Part shown: positions 1 through 8,986 of the stretch, piece after piece
How positions within the stretch are numbered: the first letter of the stretch is position 1
Layout of the letters: each line of letters starts with the position of its first letter
DNA from: Mollicutes bacterium
Lineage (GTDB): Bacteria; Bacillota_I; Bacilli_A; Izemoplasmatales; Izemoplasmataceae
Length of the DNA stretch: 64,000 bases
Assembly: GCA_003553945.1 (NCBI GenBank)
Contig: PWEL01000039.1
Location: 2,571-66,570, forward strand
Direction: 5' to 3'
Program-made: the position numbers and the translations under genes
Notes under the pieces: generated by a model
Told to the model about the DNA's origin: nothing
Databases searched by the model: none
The model's input: only the letters and a program-made list of their open reading frames with translations

Positions 1-333
1 ACGATTCCGCTAACTTTCGAGAAGCTCGGCACATTCAACCCCAGCCGGAAGGGACGCATCTACTGGGTGGGCATTGAAAGCAACCCGCAGTTGAAACGCC
101 TCCATGAAACGCTTCTCGATAAGCTTGAAACGGCCGGCTTCGATTTTGACAGAAAGCCGTTCCGCCCGCACGTGACACTCGGACGCAAGGTGGTCACCTC
201 GCTCGAGGCGCACCGGAAGGTTATGGAGGCCTTCGAACCGTTCAACACGATTGTCGATTCCCTCAGTCTCATGAAGAGCGAGCGTATCGGCGACCGCATG
301 GTTTATGAACCGGTTATCACGAAAAAACTTTAA
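1..333 (+). CDS. thpR: RNA 2',3'-cyclic phosphodiesterase / 2'-5' RNA ligase family (2H phosphoesterase), C-terminal part; 5' end outside window
   Basis: Frame 1 is open from nt 1. The translation contains ...FRPHVTLGRK..., the second H-x-T-x motif of the LigT/ThpR fold. Stop TAA at 331-333. Confidence 0.7.
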   Translation, partial: TIPLTFEKLGTFNPSRKGRIYWVGIESNPQLKRLHETLLDKLETAGFDFDRKPFRPHVTLGRKVVTSLEAHRKVMEAFEPFNTIVDSLSLMKSERIGDRMVYEPVITKKL

Positions 334-343
334 GGAGGGCGCC

Positions 344-1210
344 ATGTCCTACAGAAAAAGCATGGTTCTGATTATCACTGTTTATGTCCTTGCTTTCGGG
401 GTCGCTGTGCTGACAGCGATTGCACTGCCGTTCGATTCCCTCATCGCTACCGTCCTTGTGGCGGATGTGGTGGCGACACTGTTCGTCTACATGTGCAGCA
501 CCCTTTTCAAAAACACTTCGGTCTACGACCCCTACTGGAGCGTCGCACCGCTCGTGATGGTGCCCTTTTTCGTTGAAAGCCTCTCACCGGCAGTCTGGGT
601 ATTGCTCTTTGTGCTCTATCTCTGGGGCATCCGCCTCACGCTCAACTGGGCCTATACCTTCAAAGGCCTTCATGAAGAGGACTGGCGTTATGCGCTCTTC
701 AGGGAGCGGTTCCCGCGCGCCTTCCCTCTGATCAACCTATTCTGTCTCCATATGATGCCCACGGTCGTTGTGTTTCTGATCACACTCCCAGCCTTTCTGC
801 TGGTTCAGTCGGGACCGTCGCTGTCTCTTTCCTACGTCCTCATCGCCATAGTCGCAGTGTCCGCCGTCATTGTCCAGGGAAGCGCCGATTACAAGATGCA
901 CACGCACCGGGCGAAGCATCCGGGCAAAGTGCTTAAAGAGGGGATATGGCGCTACTCACGCCATCCGAATTATTTCGGGGAGATCCTGTTCTGGTTCGCC
1001 ATCTACGGCATGATGGCTGTGATCACCCCTGACAACGCACTTGCCGTGATAGGGCCTCTCATCAACCTGCTCATGTTCCTCGTCATCAGTATCCCGCTCA
1101 TGGAGAAAAGATGCATGAAAAGAGTGCAGGGTTACGCTGCGTACAAGGAAACGACGAGCATGCTCGTTCCATTGCCCTTCGCTCTTCACAAGGAGGTCCG
1201 GCAGGAATAA
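344..1210 (+). CDS. Polytopic membrane protein, DUF1295 / steroid-5-alpha-reductase-ICMT-like superfamily
   Basis: RBS AAGGAGG (332-338) lies 5 nt before ATG 344. The protein has multiple hydrophobic helices and a C-terminal RHPNYFGEILFW motif typical of this superfamily. Confidence 0.7.
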   Translation: MSYRKSMVLIITVYVLAFGVAVLTAIALPFDSLIATVLVADVVATLFVYMCSTLFKNTSVYDPYWSVAPLVMVPFFVESLSPAVWVLLFVLYLWGIRLTLNWAYTFKGLHEEDWRYALFRERFPRAFPLINLFCLHMMPTVVVFLITLPAFLLVQSGPSLSLSYVLIAIVAVSAVIVQGSADYKMHTHRAKHPGKVLKEGIWRYSRHPNYFGEILFWFAIYGMMAVITPDNALAVIGPLINLLMFLVISIPLMEKRCMKRVQGYAAYKETTSMLVPLPFALHKEVRQE

Positions 1211-1223
1211 AGAAGCTGTATAG

Positions 1224-1262
1224 AAAAGTCAGGAACGTCTTCCAGGCGTTCCTGACTTCTTT
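1224..1262. terminator. Bidirectional intrinsic terminator between convergent genes
   Basis: 10-bp stem GTCAGGAACG (1228-1237) / CGTTCCTGAC (1247-1256), flanked by an A-run upstream and a T-rich tract downstream. Confidence 0.6.
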
Positions 1263-1303
1263 AATGATTCATTCTGATGTTGAAATTGCATGTTTGGTGC
1301 GCC

Positions 1304-2209
1304 TCAAGTCGTTTGTTTCTTGATGAAGCGCTCGAAATGGTCGGTGACGGTGCGGACCTGATCGACGAAAATGGCGTGCGAGGCCCCTTCGATGATGTTG
1401 AGCTCTGCATTCGGGAGCTGTTCGGCGTTGGATTCGGCAATCTCCGGCATGAACACCTTGTCTTCATCGCCGTGAAGGATCAGTGTCGGCAGGGTCAGCT
1501 TCTCGATTTCGCCCGTGCCCTCTGTGAGGCCGTTGTGCTTATTGGAGATATTGAACCGCGAGATGGCGAGGTTGACCTCCGCATGGTTCCTCTGTTTGAG
1601 CAGAGCGTCGATATAGCGGTCGTAGCGTCTGTCGTGCGGTTTGTCCTTCGTGAAGATGGCGGCGTTCAGAATGCGTTTCAGTTTCACCGGGCTTTTTCTC
1701 TCACGAACCCTCTGAAGCGGCTTCAGGAATTTACGCATCTCCTTCATGGTGTCGATATAGCCAGGCGCCTGCAGGAATCCGAAGAACCTGCGCTTTTTAA
1801 TGGGGCGCCCTTCAACCTCGCAGGACGCAAGAAGGATGAGTGTCTCGACATCATCGGGATGATCGACCGCGAGGCGCATCGCTACGGCGCCGCCGATTCC
1901 CCATCCGGAGACTGAATACGTATCGACGCCGAGGGCGTCGCTCGCTTGCGCGATGTCTTCAGCGAGGTCCTTGATCGATTCGACCGGATTCTCGTAGGAG
2001 GACTCACCGAAGCCCCTCAGGTCGAATGCATAGACGGTGAAATCGTCGCTGATTGCTTCCATGAGGAGGTCCCAGTGCGTCGAGGCGCTCAGGTTTCCAT
2101 GGATCAGAACCAGATTATACGGGCCGCCGTCCTTTTTTCTATAAGCGATGGTCTCGCCGTTGTCGATCGTCTGTCTGTGGACTTTCTCAAAACTCAATGC
2201 GCTCATCAT
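1304..2209 (-). CDS. Alpha/beta-hydrolase-fold protein (paralogue of 48172-49053) with an atypical nucleophile elbow
   Basis: Motifs LVLIHGN, DLRGFGES and GASHAIF are present. Start taken at ATG 2209 (GGAG lies 5 nt upstream) rather than the ORF-track start at 2224. The elbow reads GWGIG instead of GxSxG. Confidence 0.8.
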   Translation of the reverse strand: MMSALSFEKVHRQTIDNGETIAYRKKDGGPYNLVLIHGNLSASTHWDLLMEAISDDFTVYAFDLRGFGESSYENPVESIKDLAEDIAQASDALGVDTYSVSGWGIGGAVAMRLAVDHPDDVETLILLASCEVEGRPIKKRRFFGFLQAPGYIDTMKEMRKFLKPLQRVRERKSPVKLKRILNAAIFTKDKPHDRRYDRYIDALLKQRNHAEVNLAISRFNISNKHNGLTEGTGEIEKLTLPTLILHGDEDKVFMPEIAESNAEQLPNAELNIIEGASHAIFVDQVRTVTDHFERFIKKQTT

Positions 2210-2386
2210 ATCAACTCCTAACATTGTCTCAGGTCAATTATATCTTTTCTAAAGGCGGAAAACAAGCCCGTCGCGCCCCGAACGCCTTTCGTTTCCTTGA
2301 AGGGGCCCTGATGCGCGCGTGTATTTCCATAGTATCTTCACAGGGACGGGCATTTTTGGTACAATAATCTCGATTGAGGTGGCAAT

Positions 2387-2935
2387 ATGCTAGTGATGGT
2401 AGGTGCGAGCGCGAGCGGCAAGACGGAGATTGCGAAGCTCATCATCAGACATGCGGGGTTCAAAAAAATGGTGACCTATACGACCCGCCCCATGCGCAAA
2501 GGGGAGAAGGACGGCGTGGATTACCATTTTCTTTCCGTGAAGGAATTCCTGAAACGTCGCGCTGAAGGATTCTTTGTCGAGACATCGGAATATAACGGCC
2601 ATTACTACGGCACTTCCTTCGACAGCGTCGCGCACGACCGTGTGCTCATTGTCGACCCGAGCGGCGCGAACACTCTGTATGCGAGACTCGGCGGCAAGGC
2701 AGTGTTTTTTCTTCTCGAGACCCCGAAATCGATAAGGGCCGAACGCATGTTCGCACGGGGCGATACACTTGAAGACATTGAAAAGCGCCTTGAACGTGAT
2801 GATTTGTATTTCGACAGGCATAACCTGACGCATATCGACTTCATCATAGATACGTCGAAGAAAAGTCTGGACGAGCTCTGCGAGGATATCCTCGCCCGCT
2901 ACAGACGATGTCTTCGTGAACGCAATCGCCTTTAG
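2387..2935 (+). CDS. gmk: Guanylate kinase family protein (short form)
   Basis: P-loop GASASGKTE and the TTRPMRKGEKDGVDYHF motif characteristic of guanylate kinases. Confidence 0.65.
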   Translation: MLVMVGASASGKTEIAKLIIRHAGFKKMVTYTTRPMRKGEKDGVDYHFLSVKEFLKRRAEGFFVETSEYNGHYYGTSFDSVAHDRVLIVDPSGANTLYARLGGKAVFFLLETPKSIRAERMFARGDTLEDIEKRLERDDLYFDRHNLTHIDFIIDTSKKSLDELCEDILARYRRCLRERNRL

Positions 2936-2950
2936 TCAAGGCGTTTTTTT
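2927..2950 (+). terminator. Intrinsic terminator overlapping the gmk-like stop codon
   Basis: Stem CGCCTT / AAGGCG with a 5-nt loop, followed by T7 (2944-2950). Confidence 0.55.
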
Positions 2951-2979
2951 ATGCGATCTTCATTTATTCGGGTATATGT

Positions 2980-3008
2980 CCACAAGGCATTGACACACTT
3001 GTATGACA
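2980..3008 (+). promoter_or_regulatory. Consensus sigma-A promoter of the hydrogenase operon
   Basis: TTGACA (2980-2985), a 17-nt spacer, then TATAAT (3003-3008). Sits ~90 nt upstream of the hydC-like start. Confidence 0.7.
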
Positions 3009-3099
3009 AATATATAATGTAACCGTCAGTGCTACGAACAATGACATGAAAACGTTTATGAAATCATACGCAAAGCTAACTTTTTAAGGAGGAAACGGC

Positions 3100-3555
3100 A
3101 TGCTGGAGGATTTGCTCGAGAAGTACCCGCAACAAGAAGACCAACTGATCGAGATTCTGCTCGATTACCAGAGCCAGAAGCAACACCGCTACATCAGCGA
3201 AGAAGAAATCGCACGGATCGCCGCGCATCTCGGTGTCTCTGAAAGCAAAGTGTACAGCGTTGTGACGTTCTACACATTCTTTTCAACCGAACCACGCGGC
3301 CAACACATCATCCAGGTCTGCAAGGATGTCCCTTGCTATATCAACGGGGAGAGGACCATGCGCTCAGTGCTTGAAAAGCTGCTCGGCATCCGCGTGGGCG
3401 AGACGACACGCGATAAGCGTTTTACGCTTGAACAGACGAGCTGCCTTGGACATTGCGATGGCGCTCCGGCGATGAGGATCGACGACAAGACATTCACCAA
3501 CCTCGATGAAAACAAGATCAAGGCTATTATCTCAGAGTATCGGGGGGCTAAATAA
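3100..3555 (+). CDS. hydC: NuoE-like thioredoxin-fold [2Fe-2S] subunit of [FeFe]-hydrogenase (HydC/HndA type)
   Basis: RBS AAGGAGG upstream. Cys pattern VCKDVPCY...CLGHCDGAP is typical of NuoE/24-kDa subunits. The stop overlaps the next start (TAATG). Confidence 0.85.
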   Translation: MLEDLLEKYPQQEDQLIEILLDYQSQKQHRYISEEEIARIAAHLGVSESKVYSVVTFYTFFSTEPRGQHIIQVCKDVPCYINGERTMRSVLEKLLGIRVGETTRDKRFTLEQTSCLGHCDGAPAMRIDDKTFTNLDENKIKAIISEYRGAK

Positions 3556-4814
3556 TGCTCGAGAAAAAACTGATTACCGCAAGATTCGATAAGATCAATC
3601 CGCTCTCCATCGACGATTACGTCGAGCACGGAGGCTATGAAGCATTGTCCTTCGCACTCGGCATGGAACGCGTCGACATCATTGAGGAAGTGAAGAAATC
3701 ACAACTCAGAGGTCGCGGCGGCGCAGCTTTCCCTACGCACATCAAGATGATGGGTGTGGCGAAAGAAGAGGACGAGCCCCGTTATGTCGTCTGCAATGCC
3801 GATGAGGGGGAACCCGGAAACTTCAAGGACCGCTATCTCATGGAGAACGACCCGCATCAGCTGATCGAGGGCATGATCATCACCGCCTACGCCGTGCGCG
3901 CGAACAAAGGTTTCATCTATATCCGCGGTGAATATGACAAGCCTCACAGCGTTTTGCAATGGGCCATCGACGAAGCGCGCAAGAAAGGATACCTCGGCAA
4001 GAACATCCTTGATTCGGGCTTCAATTTCGATATTGAAATCCGCAGCGGCGCCGGTTCCTATGTATGCGGCGAGGAGTTCGCCCTGATTGAATCGCTCGAG
4101 GGCAAGCCCGGACGCACGCGCGTCAAGCCGCCCTTCCCGACACAGGAAGGCCTTTTCCAGAAACCGACCATGCTGAGCAACGTTGAAACGTTCGCCAACC
4201 TCCCCCATATCGTCGATATGGGCGGTGAGAAATTCGCGGAGATCGGCACGGAATCCTCCAAAGGCACCAAGATTATCTCCCTATCCGGCAACGTCAAAAA
4301 GCCGGGCATCTATGAGATTCCCTTCGGCGTCCCCATCCGCGATGTCATCGAACAGCTCGGCGAAGGGACACCGGCCGACCGCAAAGTCAAGATGGTGCAG
4401 CTCGGCGGCGCCAGCGGTCCGATCATCCCGGAATACATGACGGACCTCACCATCGATTTCGACCGTTTTGAGAATTTTGATTCCAAGACCGGCGCCGGCG
4501 CTGTGATCGTCATGGATGACCGTTTCGATGTCTTCGATATTCTTTTAAGGATCTCCGAGTTTTTCGAACATGAATCCTGCGGCAAATGCACTCCCTGCCG
4601 TGAAGGCAATCTCCAGCTTTTGAAGCTTGTCGAGAAATTCGTCGACCGTCAGTCGAGCGAGAAAGACCTCGCCAATATCGAATCACTCGCCAGGGTCATG
4701 CATCAGACATCCCTCTGCGGCCTCGGCCAGAGCGCACCGACCGCGCTTCTCTCGACACTTCAGTATTTCCGCAATGACTTCGTCGACCGCATCGAACATC
4801 CCGAATCCCAATAA
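3555..4814 (+). CDS. hydB: NuoF-like FMN/NAD(P)H-binding [4Fe-4S] subunit (HydB/HndC type), minimal form
   Basis: Contains the GRGGAAFPT FMN site, the soluble-ligand-binding region, and C-terminal CGKCTPCREG...LCGLG cluster motifs. The protein ends immediately after the NuoF core. Confidence 0.85.
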   Translation: MLEKKLITARFDKINPLSIDDYVEHGGYEALSFALGMERVDIIEEVKKSQLRGRGGAAFPTHIKMMGVAKEEDEPRYVVCNADEGEPGNFKDRYLMENDPHQLIEGMIITAYAVRANKGFIYIRGEYDKPHSVLQWAIDEARKKGYLGKNILDSGFNFDIEIRSGAGSYVCGEEFALIESLEGKPGRTRVKPPFPTQEGLFQKPTMLSNVETFANLPHIVDMGGEKFAEIGTESSKGTKIISLSGNVKKPGIYEIPFGVPIRDVIEQLGEGTPADRKVKMVQLGGASGPIIPEYMTDLTIDFDRFENFDSKTGAGAVIVMDDRFDVFDILLRISEFFEHESCGKCTPCREGNLQLLKLVEKFVDRQSSEKDLANIESLARVMHQTSLCGLGQSAPTALLSTLQYFRNDFVDRIEHPESQ

Positions 4815-4828
4815 AGGAGAATGTGATT

Positions 4829-6544
4829 ATGGTCAATATCCGTATCAACAATACCGATTTGACGGTCAAGGAAGGCACGACCATTCTTGACGCCGCCAAG
4901 GCGAACAACATCAATATACCGACATTGTGCTACTATCCCGACCTCGACATCAAATCCGACTGCCGTGTGTGCTCGGTGGAGATCGTAGGGGAGAAGGGTC
5001 TCGTCACCGCGTGCTCCCAGCCCGTGTGGGAAGGCATGGAGGTCAAGACGAACTCCCCTCGCGTCCTGAACGCACGCAAGACGCTCACCGAGCTTCTGCT
5101 CGCCAATCACGACGACACCTGCACGGCATGCGAGCGCAACATGAACTGCGAGCTGCAGACGCTCGCGAATACGCTCGGCATCGACGAGAACCGTTTTGAA
5201 AACGTCCTCGAGGAAGAACCACTCGATTCGCATAACGATGCAATCACGCGTAACGCCAACCGCTGCATCAAATGCGGCCGCTGCGTCGATGTCTGCAAGA
5301 ACGTTCAGGGCCTCAACATCCTCGAGACCATGAACAGAAGCCATGAGATGAAAGTCACGCCCGCCTACGGCAAGTACCTCTCAGATGAGGAATGCACGTT
5401 CTGCGGACAGTGCTCGAGCGTATGCCCTGTAGCGGCGATCACTGAAAGGGACAACACCGACGAGGTGTGGAGAGTCCTCGACGATGACAGGAAGCATGTC
5501 ATCGTGCAGGTCGCCCCCGCCGTGCGCGTCTCCTTGGGTGAAGAACTCGGCAGCGAACCCGGCAGCATCGTGACCGAGAAGATGGTCGCCGCACTCAAAC
5601 AGCTCGGTTTCGACGGCGTCTTCGACACGGACTTCACCGCCGACCTCACCATCATCGAAGAAGGCTATGAACTCATCGAGCGCATCAAGGAGGGCGGCAC
5701 CCTCCCGATGATGACCTCGTGCTGCCCCGGCTGGATCAGCTTCATCGAGCAGCGCTATCCGGAACTCATCGACAATCTCTCGACATGCAAGTCGCCGCAA
5801 CAGATGTTCGGCGCTCTGGCAAAGTCATATTACGCCAAGACTGAAAACATCGACCCCGAGAACCTCCACGTCGTCTCGATCATGCCCTGTACAGCGAAGA
5901 AATACGAAGCGGCGCGCGAAGAGATGTCGGTCGACGGCGAGCATCAGGATGTCGATACCGTCCTCACCACGCGCGAACTTGGCAAGATGATCCGACAGAT
6001 GGGCATCGATTTCAACGAACTTGAAAACACGCCTTTCGACAACCCCTTCGGCATCACCACCGGCGCCGCCGCCATCTTCGGCGCGACCGGCGGTGTCATG
6101 GAAGCGGCGCTCAGGACCGTCTCGGAAGTCCTCAACGAAGAGCCGCTCGAAAAACTCGACTTTGAAGACGTGCGCGGCATGGAAGGCATCAAGGAGGCCG
6201 AGCTCGAACTTGCCGGCAATAAAGTGAAGGTCGCTGTCGCTCACACCTTGAGCAATGCGCGCCAGCTCGCCGAGAAAGTCAAGGGCGGCGAGAAGGACTA
6301 CGCATTCATCGAGGTCATGACCTGCCCCGGCGGCTGCATCGGCGGCGGCGGACAGCCTTATAACACAACCGATGCCAAACGCGAAGAACGCATCCGGGCG
6401 ACCTATCAGGTCGATACGGGAATGGAATACAGAAAATCCCACGAGAACCCCTACATCAAGCGCCTTTATGAAGAATATCTCGAAGAACCGCTGGGAGAGA
6501 AATCCCACAAGCTCCTCCACACGCATTATTTCTCCCGCAACTGA
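4829..6544 (+). CDS. hydA: [FeFe]-hydrogenase catalytic subunit (group A, M3-type N-terminal Fe-S domains)
   Basis: H-cluster motifs TSCCPGW, MPCTAKKYE and CPGGCIGGGGQP. The N-terminus carries [2Fe-2S] and 2x CxxCxxCxxxCP ferredoxin motifs. ATG 4829 is preferred (AAGGAGA lies 8 nt upstream) over GTG 4823. Confidence 0.9.
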   Translation: MVNIRINNTDLTVKEGTTILDAAKANNINIPTLCYYPDLDIKSDCRVCSVEIVGEKGLVTACSQPVWEGMEVKTNSPRVLNARKTLTELLLANHDDTCTACERNMNCELQTLANTLGIDENRFENVLEEEPLDSHNDAITRNANRCIKCGRCVDVCKNVQGLNILETMNRSHEMKVTPAYGKYLSDEECTFCGQCSSVCPVAAITERDNTDEVWRVLDDDRKHVIVQVAPAVRVSLGEELGSEPGSIVTEKMVAALKQLGFDGVFDTDFTADLTIIEEGYELIERIKEGGTLPMMTSCCPGWISFIEQRYPELIDNLSTCKSPQQMFGALAKSYYAKTENIDPENLHVVSIMPCTAKKYEAAREEMSVDGEHQDVDTVLTTRELGKMIRQMGIDFNELENTPFDNPFGITTGAAAIFGATGGVMEAALRTVSEVLNEEPLEKLDFEDVRGMEGIKEAELELAGNKVKVAVAHTLSNARQLAEKVKGGEKDYAFIEVMTCPGGCIGGGGQPYNTTDAKREERIRATYQVDTGMEYRKSHENPYIKRLYEEYLEEPLGEKSHKLLHTHYFSRN

Positions 6545-6545
6545 A

Positions 6546-6571
6546 CAGGCAGCCTGGCTGCCTGTTTTTTT
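6546..6571 (+). terminator. Intrinsic terminator after hydA
   Basis: Stem CAGGCAGC / GCTGCCTG with a 3-nt loop, followed by T7. Confidence 0.75.
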
Positions 6572-6580
6572 CGCGCGCTC

Positions 6581-6609
6581 TTGTGGAAAGCGTCGTTAAT
6601 GATTATAAT
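6581..6609 (+). promoter_or_regulatory. Putative sigma-A promoter of upp
   Basis: TTGTGG (6581-6586), a 17-nt spacer, then TATAAT (6604-6609). Confidence 0.55.
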
Positions 6610-6631
6610 AAGAGACGATGAGGTGACGTTT

Positions 6632-7252
6632 ATGAAGACGGTTATATTCGACCATCCCCTGATCAAGAACAAGGTCGCGACACTCAGGAGGCATTCCACA
6701 TCCATGCAAATCTTCCGCGAGACAGTCAATGAGCTCGCGGGACTGATGAGCTATGAGATCACCAAGGACCTCAAGACGAAGAAGGAGCGGATTGAGACGC
6801 CGCTTCAGCCCATGGACGCCGAAGTGCTCGACCAGGATGTCGTCATCGTCCCCATCCTCCGCGCCGGCCTCGGCATGGTCGATGCGGTCCAGATGTTGAT
6901 TCCGCATGCGAAAGTCGGCCACGTCGGTCTTTATCGGGATGAGGATGCGACACCGAGGAAATATTATGCGAAACTGCCGGATAATCTCGAAGATGCGCTG
7001 ATCATCGTCCTCGATCCCATGCTTGCGACAGGCAAGTCACTGAGCGCTACCATCGATGTGCTCAAGGAACGCGGCGCGAGAGACATCCGTTTCGTCGGCA
7101 TCGTCGGATGCCCTGAAGGCCTCGATTATCTCGAATCGCACAATCCCCGGGTGAAAGTCTATCTTGCCGCGCTTGATGAGAAGCTCAACGCGGATAAGTT
7201 CATCGTCCCCGGCCTGGGGGATGCCGGAGACAGACTGTTCGGCACGAAATAA
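6632..7252 (+). CDS. upp: Uracil phosphoribosyltransferase
   Basis: N-terminus MKTVIFDHPLIKNK, PRPP loop VLDPMLATGKS, and C-terminal VPGLGDAGDRLFGT. RBS GAGGTGA precedes ATG 6632. Confidence 0.9.
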   Translation: MKTVIFDHPLIKNKVATLRRHSTSMQIFRETVNELAGLMSYEITKDLKTKKERIETPLQPMDAEVLDQDVVIVPILRAGLGMVDAVQMLIPHAKVGHVGLYRDEDATPRKYYAKLPDNLEDALIIVLDPMLATGKSLSATIDVLKERGARDIRFVGIVGCPEGLDYLESHNPRVKVYLAALDEKLNADKFIVPGLGDAGDRLFGTK

Positions 7253-7265
7253 GGCGGTGAATGCT

Positions 7266-8726
7266 ATGCAAGTAGTGACTGCGGACATGATGCGTCGCCT
7301 GGACGCGCGCACATGCGAAACGCAGAACATCACAGGCTTTCAACTCATGCAGCGTGCATGCGAAGGCCTTTTTGAAGCGATGCGTGACAATGGGTATCTG
7401 AGTGTCACGCGGCCGTTGATCCTTGCCGGTCCCGGCAACAACGGCGGCGACGGTCTGGGGCTCGCCAAGCACTTGAAAAAGGACCACCCCGGAGTGCGAG
7501 TCGTCTATATCGGCACACCCGTGTCCTTGCAGGGCGAGGCGTTAAAGATGTATGAACATGTGAAAGGCGATGTCGATATCACATTCGTTCAGGACGTTTC
7601 CGAGTTCAGGACGCTTTCGAAGGATGCCGACATGATCATCGACGCCCTCTTCGGTATCGGCGTGAATTCGCCTGTCAGAGCTCCGTTCGATTCTGTCATA
7701 GAATGGATCAACACTCAGGACCTCCCTGTTTTAAGCATTGACATTCCTTCAGGCCTCAATGCGGACAACGGTCTTGTGGAAGGCATCGCCGTGGATGCCG
7801 ATGCGACTTTCGTGATTCAGCATTTTAAGGCTGGAAATTTACTCCAAGATGCGTTAGACTACAGTGGTGAGCACATTCCAGTCGATATAGGCATCCTCGA
7901 CAGTGACGCCCCTATGTGGCTTGAAGAAGCCCTCCCCCCATTGCGGAAACGGCGTCATAACACCCACAAGTATGACTACGGGGCACTGCTCACCATCGGC
8001 GGCAGCAAAGGTATGACCGGTGCGCCGACACTCGCCGCCGAGGCGGCCATCAGAAGCGGTGCCGGTCTCTCGACAATCGCCGCCAAAAAAGCAGTCCTCC
8101 CTTATCTGCCGCGTGTGCCCTACGAGCTCATGTGGGCGGCGACCGACGATGTCCACGCGCTGATGAAGGCGCATAGCGCCGTAGTCTTCGGCCCCGGTCT
8201 CGGGAGGGACAATGCGGACAATCGAGCCCGTTTATCCGGCTTGCTTGAGAGAGACCTGCCGCTGCTCATCGATGCGGACGGCCTTTACTACCTCGCCGGT
8301 GAGCTATCCTCGGGGAGGGATCTCTCGCACGTCGTCCTCACACCGCATGCCGGTGAACTCGCACGTCTTTTCGGCATTTCTCCGGATGAAGTCGCGAGAA
8401 ACCCGCTCTATTATATCGACCAGCTTGTCGCGCGGCATGGCGTGCATATCGTCCTGAAGGGACCGTGCACCATCATCGCGGGACCTGAAGGGAAGGCGTT
8501 CTCAACGAGAGGGAATCCCGGGATGGCGACCGCCGGGAGCGGGGATGTGCTGAGCGGCATCATCGGCCGTTTCCTCGCTGAAGGATACGCTCCGTTCGAA
8601 GCGATGCGCTACGGTGTAAGAGTGCATGGCCTTGCGGGGGATCTCGCACAAGATGCGTTCGGCGAGGAGAGCTTGAATGCTTCCGACATCATCACGATGC
8701 TTCCGGAGGCGATGCGCAACATATGA
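7266..8726 (+). CDS. nnr: Bifunctional NAD(P)H-hydrate repair enzyme (epimerase + ADP-dependent dehydratase)
   Basis: N-terminal YjeF_N-like segment (GPGNNGGDG) and a C-terminal carbohydrate-kinase-like segment (GMATAGSGDVLSG). The internal ATG 7266 avoids an overlap with upp. Confidence 0.85.
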   Translation: MQVVTADMMRRLDARTCETQNITGFQLMQRACEGLFEAMRDNGYLSVTRPLILAGPGNNGGDGLGLAKHLKKDHPGVRVVYIGTPVSLQGEALKMYEHVKGDVDITFVQDVSEFRTLSKDADMIIDALFGIGVNSPVRAPFDSVIEWINTQDLPVLSIDIPSGLNADNGLVEGIAVDADATFVIQHFKAGNLLQDALDYSGEHIPVDIGILDSDAPMWLEEALPPLRKRRHNTHKYDYGALLTIGGSKGMTGAPTLAAEAAIRSGAGLSTIAAKKAVLPYLPRVPYELMWAATDDVHALMKAHSAVVFGPGLGRDNADNRARLSGLLERDLPLLIDADGLYYLAGELSSGRDLSHVVLTPHAGELARLFGISPDEVARNPLYYIDQLVARHGVHIVLKGPCTIIAGPEGKAFSTRGNPGMATAGSGDVLSGIIGRFLAEGYAPFEAMRYGVRVHGLAGDLAQDAFGEESLNASDIITMLPEAMRNI

Positions 8727-8727
8727 T

Positions 8728-8818
8728 GGAGGGGTACCCAAGTGGCTGAAGGGGCTGGCTTGGAAAGCTAGTAGGGCGTGAAAGCGCCGCGGGGGTTCGA
8801 ATCCCCTCCCCTCCGCCA
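8728..8818 (+). tRNA. tRNA-Ser (anticodon GGA), encoded CCA
   Basis: Manual fold: acceptor GGAGGGG/CCCTCCG, anticodon stem CTGGC/GCTAG, loop TTGGAAA, long variable arm, T-loop GGGGG-TTCGAATC-CCCTC. Ends in CCA. Confidence 0.85.
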
Positions 8819-8826
8819 TCAATGTC

Positions 8827-8852
8827 ATGCAATGCTTCGGCATTGCATTTTT
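8827..8852 (+). terminator. Intrinsic terminator after tRNA-Ser
   Basis: 9-bp stem ATGCAATGC / GCATTGCAT with a TTCG loop, then TTTT. Confidence 0.75.
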
Positions 8853-8986
8853 AATGGCTTCGGGAAGGGCATTTTTCACACCTCTACTCTCCTCTGTTTT
8901 CGTTTTCAGGTATGGTAAAAGGCTTGTAAATGTGTTATCATATACGGATAAATAAAACCTTTTCATCCAGACTTCCGGAGGTTGTT

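Noticed and set aside
7164-7265. ORF-track N-terminal extensions: nnr from 7164, upp from 6581, mocA-like from 8930, lipoprotein B from 31391, the kinase gene to 38819, the anti-sigma gene to 40257.
   Set aside because: The extensions overlap upstream genes or lack an RBS. Internal starts have good Shine-Dalgarno spacing and give N-termini matching the families or signal peptides.
8853-8986. A possible Moco or purine riboswitch upstream of the Mo-hydroxylase/purine operon.
   Set aside because: The untranslated region is short, and I could not find the conserved cores of the purine or Moco RNA motifs. Only a covariance-model scan could settle this.
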